From: an uncultured virus (IMG/VR IMGVR_UViG_3300025121_000017)
Taxonomy: Duplodnaviria > Heunggongvirae > Uroviricota > Caudoviricetes
Strand: one strand, 5' to 3'
Length of the DNA: 64,000 bases
IMG/VR virus record: IMGVR_UViG_3300025121_000017
Shown here: positions 37,480-45,172 of the stretch, in pieces
How positions within the stretch are numbered: the first letter of the stretch is position 1
Layout: each line of letters begins with the position of its first letter
The notes under the pieces: model-generated
The model's database searches: none
The model's input: only the letters and a program-made list of their open reading frames with translations
Told to the model about the DNA's origin: nothing
Translations under genes and position numbers: made by a program

Positions 37480-39023
37480 CAATGCGCGCCGAACACTCCG
37501 GCACCACCTTCGAGTCCGGAGCCCCCCACGTCACCGTCTGGACAGGCTTCGACGGACTCCGCAAGATGGAGATCGGTGGGGACGGTCTGCGCCTCAGCAC
37601 GTCGAAATCGATCAGCGGCACGACGGGCCAGTTTACCCTCGAGCTGCTCCCTCGAGACGGCATTGGACTGACTGAGAAGGCTATTCGCTCCGGCGCGGAG
37701 CGACTACCGCTGTACCTGTCCGCCATTGCGCCCAACACGCCGATCTCGATCGGATTCGAGCGAGAGGGCGGCGTCATGCTGGGGCTGGTGCGGTCCTGCG
37801 ATTGGACGACATTCGCGGTCGGCGACAAGCTCCAGGACGGCATCACGATCACAGGCACTGACTTCGGGCACATGCTCGACGACCACATCTTGCAGATGCA
37901 GGTCTCGACGGCGGACCATGCACGCTGGACGGAAGCGATCAAATCGGTGTTGGGGCCAGACGCGCCGATTCTCAAAGAGCTGGTCGGCGCGGAAGGGCCG
38001 GTGAACGCAGCGGGGGAGCGGTCGCTCGAGGGTGTGACGGTGCAGGCGGTGGCGGAATACTGCCTCAAGCGTGTAGCTGGAATGCGTGTGCCGGTGCTGC
38101 GTCAGGCCTTCGGCGGACGCGGCTACATCGGCGACTTCACCGAAGTCCGGGCGAGCTCATTCGACGGGGACCTGGTGTACAAGACGGGACTCTTCACGCA
38201 GGAGACAACCGTCTCGGGCTATCTACAGGAGATCCTCGACAAGGACTTCTACGAGTTTCGCATGGACACCCTGCCTCCGGACGCGGCCAAGGGACGCAAC
38301 GTCGCGCGTCCGGTGCTGGTGATCCGTCCGAAGCCTTTCGACGAGGAAGCGTTCCAGAACGTTTCGCTGTGGCCACCCACGCCGCGCACTTCGGTGTCCT
38401 CCTGGGAGCGGCTCACCACTATGCTGGACAAAGACCGGCACCACCAGGTCGACCGAGGCCATGTCGTGGGACAGGTGCGGCTCGGGCGCAGCCGTGACGA
38501 GGCCTTCAGCTTTTACACTGTGCAGAATAACAACGAGCTGGGCTTCACCAGCTCTAACGCCTCGAGCGGCGCAGCGTTCCCGCTCTACGACCTGTACAAC
38601 GGCACCCGGTTCATCACGCAGCGTTACGACAGCCGCTGCTCCCAGGTGGCGGCGGACCCGAAGAAGAAATCGTTTGAGTCACTCATCGGGCAGTCGCTGG
38701 GCGTCAGGCGCAACCGCCTGCACTGCTGGTACCGCGCCAATCCGGACTTTGTCACTGGGTCGCTTCGCGTCCGTGGCAAGGACAGTTATCGAGTTGGGGA
38801 CCCGGTGTGGATCCCGTGGCTGCCGGATCCGCTGACGGGCAGGCCTGGCATCCGCGCCTATTGCACCGCAGTGAACCATGAGTGGTCGTTCGGCGGAGGG
38901 TACGCTTGCACGCTTAGTTTGAGCCGTGGCCATGGTCCGGGATTTTGGGAGCAGCATGTTAGACAAGTTAAATCTGCGATGCCACTGTCACTACTCAAAG
39001 GTTGGGTAAGCGCCGATAGATAG
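37476..39023 (+). CDS. Putative baseplate hub protein; last 23 codons supplied by the TnpB cassette
   Basis: TSKSI...GQFTLEL, ITITGTDFG, C-terminal GSLRVRG..YRVGD..Y.TAVNHEW..L.RG hub pattern. Confidence 0.7.
   Translation: MTMRAEHSGTTFESGAPHVTVWTGFDGLRKMEIGGDGLRLSTSKSISGTTGQFTLELLPRDGIGLTEKAIRSGAERLPLYLSAIAPNTPISIGFEREGGVMLGLVRSCDWTTFAVGDKLQDGITITGTDFGHMLDDHILQMQVSTADHARWTEAIKSVLGPDAPILKELVGAEGPVNAAGERSLEGVTVQAVAEYCLKRVAGMRVPVLRQAFGGRGYIGDFTEVRASSFDGDLVYKTGLFTQETTVSGYLQEILDKDFYEFRMDTLPPDAAKGRNVARPVLVIRPKPFDEEAFQNVSLWPPTPRTSVSSWERLTTMLDKDRHHQVDRGHVVGQVRLGRSRDEAFSFYTVQNNNELGFTSSNASSGAAFPLYDLYNGTRFITQRYDSRCSQVAADPKKKSFESLIGQSLGVRRNRLHCWYRANPDFVTGSLRVRGKDSYRVGDPVWIPWLPDPLTGRPGIRAYCTAVNHEWSFGGGYACTLSLSRGHGPGFWEQHVRQVKSAMPLSLLKGWVSADR
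38952..39023 (+). repeat. Recoded direct repeat, copy A (translated): QHVRQVKSAMPLSLLKGWVSADR*
   Basis: Codon-by-codon alignment with 40309-40380: 23/72 nt differ, 22/23 aa identical. Confidence 0.95.
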
Positions 39024-39101
39024 CATTCACTGCGCAGAAACGCATGCAGCTATGCCCCATATTTGCTATAATACAAGTCCACTGTCGGAGTATTTATTCG
39101 C

Positions 39102-40217
39102 ATGATCCGCGCCCACAAAATCCGCCTCAACCCAACCCCCGATCAGGAGGTCTACTTCCGCAAGGCGTGCGGCTGCTCCCGCCTTGCGTTCAACTGGATG
39201 CTGGCGGAGTGGAAACGGGTGTATGAGTCCGGAGAGAAGCCAAATGCGCTGCGCATGACGAAAGCCTTTCGATCCGTGAAGGGTGAGATCTTTCCGTTCA
39301 TGGCGGAAGTGACGAAGTGCGTGGTGGATGGAGCGAAGATCGATATTGGGTCCGCCTTCTCCAACTTCTTCCGGGAGGCCAAGTCCGGCAAGATCGGCTA
39401 CCCCAAGTTCAAGTCTAAGCATAAGAGCAAGCCGTCCTTCTACCTGGCGAATGACAAGTTTTCAGTCGACAAACATATTCTGCACGTTCCCAAGCTCGGC
39501 CCCGTCAACATGACTGAACCTCTCCGCTTTGCCGGAAAGATCCTCTCCGGACGGGTCAGCTTCAAGTCGGGCTACTGGTGGGTATCGATCCAGGTTGAGA
39601 TGCTCGGTCTGCCTGCAACCTTTCGCACGGGTCCAGCGATTGGCGTCGACCTGGGCCTGAAAGAATTGGCAGTCTGCTCGGACGGGAGACGTTTCCCGAA
39701 CCCGAGGCACCTCCAGGCTGGCATAAGGAAGATAAGATCCCTATCTCGAGCGCTTGCGCGGAAGATCAAAGGCAGCGCGAACTGGCTGAAAGCCAAGGCC
39801 AAGCTCGCGCGCGCCCATTATCGAATCGCCTGCAGGAGATCCGATGCGATCCATAAGATGACGACTGAGCTTGCACGAGGGGCAAGCCTGATCGGGTTGG
39901 AAGACTTGAACGTCAAAGGCATGCTCCAGAACAGGAGACTGGCCCGGTCTATCTCGGATGCCGTCTGGGGTGAGATCAAACGTCAGCTCCTCTATAAAGC
40001 ACCTGATCGGGTCGTGCAGATCGATCGGTGGTTCCCCTCGAGCCGGCGCTGCAGGCTCTGCGGTACGATCAACGCGGATCTTACGCTGGCGGATCGGGCC
40101 TGGGTGTGCGCTTGCGGGGTGGAACATGATCGCGATTTGAACGCCTCGATCAATATCAGGGATGAAACGATTCGTTTAATGCAACTGGTCCCGGTGATGG
40201 CTATGTCGGGACTTTAA
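39102..40217 (+). CDS. tnpB: RNA-guided endonuclease TnpB, copy 3
   Basis: GVDLG, LEDL, CxxC/CxC, DRDLNA intact. Confidence 0.95.
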   Translation: MIRAHKIRLNPTPDQEVYFRKACGCSRLAFNWMLAEWKRVYESGEKPNALRMTKAFRSVKGEIFPFMAEVTKCVVDGAKIDIGSAFSNFFREAKSGKIGYPKFKSKHKSKPSFYLANDKFSVDKHILHVPKLGPVNMTEPLRFAGKILSGRVSFKSGYWWVSIQVEMLGLPATFRTGPAIGVDLGLKELAVCSDGRRFPNPRHLQAGIRKIRSLSRALARKIKGSANWLKAKAKLARAHYRIACRRSDAIHKMTTELARGASLIGLEDLNVKGMLQNRRLARSISDAVWGEIKRQLLYKAPDRVVQIDRWFPSSRRCRLCGTINADLTLADRAWVCACGVEHDRDLNASINIRDETIRLMQLVPVMAMSGL

Positions 40218-40328
40218 ACACGCCTGTGGAGGGATCGGTGCACTGGGCCGGCTCGAGGAAGCAGGAATTGAAGCGTGCACATATGCTTGGGCACGCGGAG
40301 AGTAGCAGCAACACGTGAGGCAGGTCAA
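40188..40328 (+). ncRNA. TnpB omegaRNA 3; scaffold ends 40308, guide CAACACGTGAGGCAGGTCAA
   Basis: Conserved scaffold and hairpins as in copies 1 and 2. Confidence 0.75.
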
Positions 40329-40380
40329 GGCTGCGATGCCGCTATCGCTGCTGAAGGGCTGGGTTTCAGCGGACAGATGA
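40309..40380 (+). repeat. Direct repeat, copy B (presumed original gene end and guide source): QHVRQVKAAMPLSLLKGWVSADR*
   Basis: Starts exactly at the scaffold/guide boundary and ends at TGA. Confidence 0.95.
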
Positions 40381-40828
40381 CGCCAGCGGGCCACTTGCCG
40401 CCCGCGAGACTCAGGATAAACCCAGGCGAGTCGGCTTCAATGCGCAAGAACACAGCGAGCTGCCGCGCAGTCTGCTTTGAAGGACTGGTCTGGCCTTTGA
40501 TCAGCTGGGTAATTGCGCTGGGGGAAATCTGCATCGCGTTTGCGAGCTTCGCGCGTGTCAGCCCGAAAATATCGAGCAGGTACTTGAGCTGATTGCCCAG
40601 GACAACGCCCTGAGTCTCGAGCACCCAGTCGCAGAACAGGCGGGCCTGAGCGCGGGAGATGCGTTCGGCTTCGCCGGGCTTGAGCGCGCGGTACTTTTCT
40701 GAGTCGAGGATCTCGACCGTACACTCGTCGACCCCAAGCGGCGTGTTTAGAACGAAGTCGTCAATGATCCTCCAGCGTAAGGCTGAAACTGGCACGGCGA
40801 CAAATTCCTCTGAATGGTCTATACTCAT
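40325..40828 (-). CDS. XRE-family HTH regulator (antitoxin-like architecture)
   Basis: LKYLLDIFGLTRAKLANAMQISPSAITQLIKGQTSPS; GGAG before ATG 40828. Confidence 0.75.
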   Translation of the reverse strand: MSIDHSEEFVAVPVSALRWRIIDDFVLNTPLGVDECTVEILDSEKYRALKPGEAERISRAQARLFCDWVLETQGVVLGNQLKYLLDIFGLTRAKLANAMQISPSAITQLIKGQTSPSKQTARQLAVFLRIEADSPGFILSLAGGKWPAGVICPLKPSPSAAIAASQP

Positions 40829-40914
40829 AGCGGACTCCACGTGGCGTGCAACAGCAGTTAAGTAGCTTAAATTATGCGCGAGCGAGTCAACTACGTCAAC
40901 TCTTTTGGTGAGCC

Positions 40915-41613
40915 TTGGACGACCGCGGACACGAATCAGGCATCCCTTACAGCTCCCGCGGCGGCTACGCAGGCCCTCAGGCCGGCTACCTCGAGCGCCG
41001 CGGTGACGGCGTGTACCTGGTCGTGCGCGGCGGCGGGAACACCGTCGTGCCCTACGGCCCGGGGACGTTCCTCGTGGCCAGGCCCTACGGGACCAACATA
41101 GAGCCGCGCGCCGGCACACGAGACACCGCCGGACACTGGACCATTGAGCCTGAGCCGGTGCTGGTCGACTATGTGACGGGGTACGCGGGGAAGCCGATCG
41201 TCATCGGTACCTGTCGTGTGCTCGAAGATGACACGCTGGACAGCCCGAGCGACCCGGATCGCGTGGCGGCGCGGTTCACTGCGTTGAGCCGCCCGCCCGG
41301 GACAGAGCTGGGGAGTGTGCTGGTCGAGCTGTGCGCCAACGGGACCGGGGATATAACCATCACAGCCACTGGAAACGTCACGCTGAACGCGTCCGGCATG
41401 GTTCACCTGGGCGGCGACCCTGCAGATGACTTTGTAGCGCTGGCAACGTCGGTACGGGCAGAGGTTACGACCTTGCGCGACTATGTCGCGACGTTAGTGC
41501 TCCCCGTGGCCACGACGGGTACAGCTGCAGCGCAGACGGGTACGGCAGGCCCACCGGCTGTACCCCCCGCAGTGGTGGGGAGCGTGGCGGCTAGCAAAGT
41601 GAAGGCTACCTGA
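40915..41613 (+). CDS. Putative baseplate spike/assembly (gpV-like) protein
   Basis: PVLVDYV.G..GKPIVIG OB-like motif, beta-repeat ITITATGNVTLNA, VHLGG; start uncertain. Confidence 0.6.
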   Translation: MDDRGHESGIPYSSRGGYAGPQAGYLERRGDGVYLVVRGGGNTVVPYGPGTFLVARPYGTNIEPRAGTRDTAGHWTIEPEPVLVDYVTGYAGKPIVIGTCRVLEDDTLDSPSDPDRVAARFTALSRPPGTELGSVLVELCANGTGDITITATGNVTLNASGMVHLGGDPADDFVALATSVRAEVTTLRDYVATLVLPVATTGTAAAQTGTAGPPAVPPAVVGSVAASKVKAT

Positions 41614-43343
41614 TGGCAACGATCCCTCCACTTTTTGAAGTCGGTATATTGCGCCGCGTACCGAGCCTCCCGCACCTCTTCCGCGCGGAAACGCTGCTCG
41701 TGTTCCCGCTGCTGCCAGGGCCGTCGTCGATCTCTTGGTCTGACCCGCCACGTGATGACGTTCAGCAGGCTCCAGGAGGGTCGACTCACACGAAGGGCGG
41801 GCGCGGGCTCGCTTCGTGTCAGATATCCGGGACGTTCGGCGTCGCGGTTCGGGCCTTTGGAATGGTGTCAGGCACAGGACCCGAACGACTCAAGCGGTTT
41901 CGCAACGAGGTGGTGGCCCTGTCGTCTGCCGTGGACCGCGACGAGATCGAGGAAGTGGTGCGGGACGCTGCGCTGGGCGTGACAGGGGCGGCGTCTGACA
42001 TCGGCGTCCAGTTGGGCAACGTTCTGGCGCGAAAGCTCGCCGACTTCGACCCGGCGAACCACGTCACCTACTGCAACTTCTACGACTTCATGAACCGGCG
42101 GTTCCACCGGATCGGTAAGGTCGACCTGCGGCACAGCCTCCAGGCGCGCGGCGGCGGCGCGGTCGAGATGCAGACCTATCAGTTAAGCTTCGTGGCGTAC
42201 GGCACGCCCATCGTGGATGAGACGGGACGTGTCTGGCCCAAGGCGATCCAGGGTCTCTGCGACATCCTGCCGACGTGGCAGCGCGTCAACGACACGGTCA
42301 GCTCGACCACGTTAACCGCCGCGATCGAGAACGCGTCAGTCATCCTCGACAGCACGCTCGCAACGCCTCTGCTGGCCAGCATTTCTGCGGTCTCCGCGCA
42401 AGTAGAATCGTTGACGTCGCTGGCCAGTGGTGCGATACTGGTCGACAATACGGGCCTGTCGTCGCTGCTGGGCACGTGCGAGTCGTTGGGTTCGCAGCTC
42501 AAGGTGATGGCAGAGACACTGTCCGGCAGCGAGGACGCCTACGCGCCAGACCCGACGACGTCAGAAATCGACTGGTCCGCAGAGCTGAGCGAACCGGTCC
42601 TGGACACGTACACCACGGCGAAGGGGCTGTACGAGGCTGCGGGCTCACTGGACTTCCAGCGGATCAGCGGGCGCTTTCTGGGCATGGCGGACGATGAGTA
42701 CGCCGCGTTCCTGGCGGCGGGAGGCCAGGCCGGCGGGGCGTCCCCTACGGTCCGGAGCACGGTTGACCACGTCGTAACGGTCCTGGACACACCAGAAGCC
42801 ATCGCGGCGCGCTACGGGCTCGGCTGGGTCGATATCGTCCGGGTGAACCGCCTGGCCAGCGATCAGGTTGTTCCGGGAGCTGTGCTGAAGATCCCGCGCA
42901 CCCGGACCTGGGGCACGCTGGGGATCGACGGGCTGCCGGTGTTCGGGAGCCACGTCGGCGACGGCGCCCTGGGGCGAGATATCAAGCTGCCGATGGCTGC
43001 GGACGCGTACGGGCGGCTCGAGACGGTGCAGGGGTTGGCGTGCCTGGAGCAGGGCACGACACTGCGCCAGTATGGCCTGGCCGAGCAGGTGCTGGACGGG
43101 ACGGACGGGATACCGCCTGAGGGGAAGGCCGGCATCGTGTCGGTCAAGACGCGGTTGGTGTTCGCGCAGGACCCGCGGGTGCGGGACGTCCGGGTGACGG
43201 CGACGGCATCTGCTAATAGTGCGTCGCTGGCGCTGGATGTGCAGCTGCGGACGATTAATGGAGTGGCCGGCAGATTGTCGGCGCAGGATACGACGGCGGC
43301 TGTTTGGGACGCTGTTGTTTGGGATGGATTTTCGTGGGCATGA
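41613..43343 (+). CDS. LysM-containing baseplate protein with a gp25-like C-terminus
   Basis: HVVTVLDTPEAIAARYG..WVDIVRVN..PGAVLKIP LysM; GRDI; QDPRV motif. Confidence 0.7.
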   Translation: MATIPPLFEVGILRRVPSLPHLFRAETLLVFPLLPGPSSISWSDPPRDDVQQAPGGSTHTKGGRGLASCQISGTFGVAVRAFGMVSGTGPERLKRFRNEVVALSSAVDRDEIEEVVRDAALGVTGAASDIGVQLGNVLARKLADFDPANHVTYCNFYDFMNRRFHRIGKVDLRHSLQARGGGAVEMQTYQLSFVAYGTPIVDETGRVWPKAIQGLCDILPTWQRVNDTVSSTTLTAAIENASVILDSTLATPLLASISAVSAQVESLTSLASGAILVDNTGLSSLLGTCESLGSQLKVMAETLSGSEDAYAPDPTTSEIDWSAELSEPVLDTYTTAKGLYEAAGSLDFQRISGRFLGMADDEYAAFLAAGGQAGGASPTVRSTVDHVVTVLDTPEAIAARYGLGWVDIVRVNRLASDQVVPGAVLKIPRTRTWGTLGIDGLPVFGSHVGDGALGRDIKLPMAADAYGRLETVQGLACLEQGTTLRQYGLAEQVLDGTDGIPPEGKAGIVSVKTRLVFAQDPRVRDVRVTATASANSASLALDVQLRTINGVAGRLSAQDTTAAVWDAVVWDGFSWA

Positions 43344-45163
43344 GGCAAGATATGGACCAGCTTAGCGGACTTGAACGTATGCGCGCAATCCTCGAGAGCC
43401 AGATGGATAAGGGCGACGAGAAGCAGCGCTTTATCACGCTCGGCGAAGGCGAGTCCCGGCATGTGGTCCCGGTCGGTGCGGACGGGAAGCTGCACGGGAA
43501 TCCTCCGCCGCATATCGCGCAGAAGATCCATGATGGTACGAAAGACCCGGAGAAGAAGGCGGCGTGGGCGGGGAAGCTGGGACACGATGCCCCCAAGCAG
43601 CGCGAGAAGTGGGAACTCAACCGGGAGGAGTTCGAAAAGGCACACCCGGACGAGAGTTACGATAAAGAGATAAACCGCGCCGCTTTACTGGGCCATATCC
43701 CGTATGAGCATGCCGACAAACATAGCAGGCTGGACAGCACTGGGAACAAGCATTTCTGGGCCAAAACGCGCGCGGAAGTGGAGCAAGACGGCAAGGATGC
43801 TGTTCGGCGCGCCAAGGGTGAGAGAACAGACATCAACAAGCTAAACCCATCCCGTGAGTTTTCTCCACAACGTCAGCGAAATATGAGTGCAGTAGCGAAA
43901 CGCGATATCGAGCATACTGAGCAACACCATCGTGGGCTGCTGGACGTGCATAGAGACCGAGTCGCGGAAGCGCTTGAAAGCGGCAAGTCTGTCCCGGACG
44001 ATGTATTGAAGGATTATCCTGAGCTCCAACGGGATGCCTCACCAAAGGCCGGCGCGCGCCACGATTCTGCCGACATGTCCGACGACGACCTGCCCGCCGC
44101 ACTCGACTCGCACGTGTCCGACCTCCGCAAGAAACACGAGACAGAGGCGGACGACCGCACACCTCAAGCCAAGGTACTGGACATGCGCAGGCGGTTCAAT
44201 ACTCCTTTGGACTCTTCCGCTCCGCTAGCCATCTACAACGGCAAAGCAGTGGACATGGGTTACATCGCGGATCCTAAGAAGCAATTTAACATGGCAGCGA
44301 TGCGCATCCAGGACAACGGAGCTGAAGGCCACGTCGTGACGGCCAAAGGTGAAGTGTATAAGATAGGGCGCTCCACACGGACCGCGAAACGCCTCACAGG
44401 TGAAGAGGCCGATACTGTCCTAGATTCTGCGTCCACGACCGTGCCCAAGGGGGAAGAGAAGCAACACGTCGTCCCCTTTGGATCGGACGGGAAGCTGTAT
44501 GGAGACCCGCCGCCACCTGCACAGAGGGAAGCTGCGCGCCAAGGTGCGGGTGCGGGTGCGGCGTCGCCTGACCCACAAGGGGATCGTCACGCCATGCTGC
44601 GTGCTCATCTTGCGGCGAGACGCTCTAACGGCGAACAGAAGGCGGACGAGGCAGCCGTCGTCAATGGTCCACATAAGCTTGAGTCCGGCGCGTTGTACCA
44701 GCTTTCAAACTTTACGTCCGGGCGCCTCGAATCATCCCCTGCGAAGGGGTGGGAACTCAAGGATGAGATGAGCGGTAAGACTTTGATATCTGCGCACAGC
44801 GGCTGGGAGATGGCACATGCCATGCATGAGCGCGGCGCACGCAAAGTCGCTAATCCGCCCGATGACAGCAAAGACTACCTTTTACGCGTCGAGCACGCGA
44901 AGGCCCGTGAAGCGGAAGCACAGGGTGCGCCTGATCACCCGAAACTTAGTCGTATCGCCAGCATGAACGGGATACCGCTGCACGACGTACGCGAAGAGTA
45001 CCGCCATGCAATACGAGAGCACGGGAAAGAACAAGCAAACGCTATGGTAGACAGCACACACCGCACCAGCGTGAAGATGCGACTCCTGAACGATGAGCAC
45101 GTGCATGCGGAGGATCTGGCGGGATACCCTGACCTAGCGGAAAAACACGGCAAGCCGTCCTGA
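43340..45163 (+). CDS. Modular protein paralogous to 17921-20788, inserted in the baseplate module
   Basis: MDKG then DEKQRFITLGEGESRHVVPVGADGKL..; second partial copy of this motif; two VPxDVLxDYPEL-type modules. Confidence 0.75.
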   Translation: MRQDMDQLSGLERMRAILESQMDKGDEKQRFITLGEGESRHVVPVGADGKLHGNPPPHIAQKIHDGTKDPEKKAAWAGKLGHDAPKQREKWELNREEFEKAHPDESYDKEINRAALLGHIPYEHADKHSRLDSTGNKHFWAKTRAEVEQDGKDAVRRAKGERTDINKLNPSREFSPQRQRNMSAVAKRDIEHTEQHHRGLLDVHRDRVAEALESGKSVPDDVLKDYPELQRDASPKAGARHDSADMSDDDLPAALDSHVSDLRKKHETEADDRTPQAKVLDMRRRFNTPLDSSAPLAIYNGKAVDMGYIADPKKQFNMAAMRIQDNGAEGHVVTAKGEVYKIGRSTRTAKRLTGEEADTVLDSASTTVPKGEEKQHVVPFGSDGKLYGDPPPPAQREAARQGAGAGAASPDPQGDRHAMLRAHLAARRSNGEQKADEAAVVNGPHKLESGALYQLSNFTSGRLESSPAKGWELKDEMSGKTLISAHSGWEMAHAMHERGARKVANPPDDSKDYLLRVEHAKAREAEAQGAPDHPKLSRIASMNGIPLHDVREEYRHAIREHGKEQANAMVDSTHRTSVKMRLLNDEHVHAEDLAGYPDLAEKHGKPS

Positions 45164-45172
45164 GGTTTATCC

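Larger units (their letters stand above)
38952..40308 (+). mobile_element. TnpB-only cassette, copy 3, carrying a recoded 3' end of its target gene
   Basis: Left junction after GGGAG; 72-nt recoded duplicate of 40309-40380; TGCTATAAT promoter; right end GAGAGTAGCAG. Confidence 0.8.

Noticed and set aside
10205..40217. Nuclease-dead TnpB (TldR-like repressors) or Cas12 with a CRISPR array
   Set aside because: All three RuvC acidic residues are intact in each copy, and no repeat-spacer array is visible next to any copy or elsewhere
40874..41101. 75-aa ORF overlapping the spike gene start
   Set aside because: Low-complexity alternative frame; it cannot be shown to be a frameshifted N-terminus without homologs
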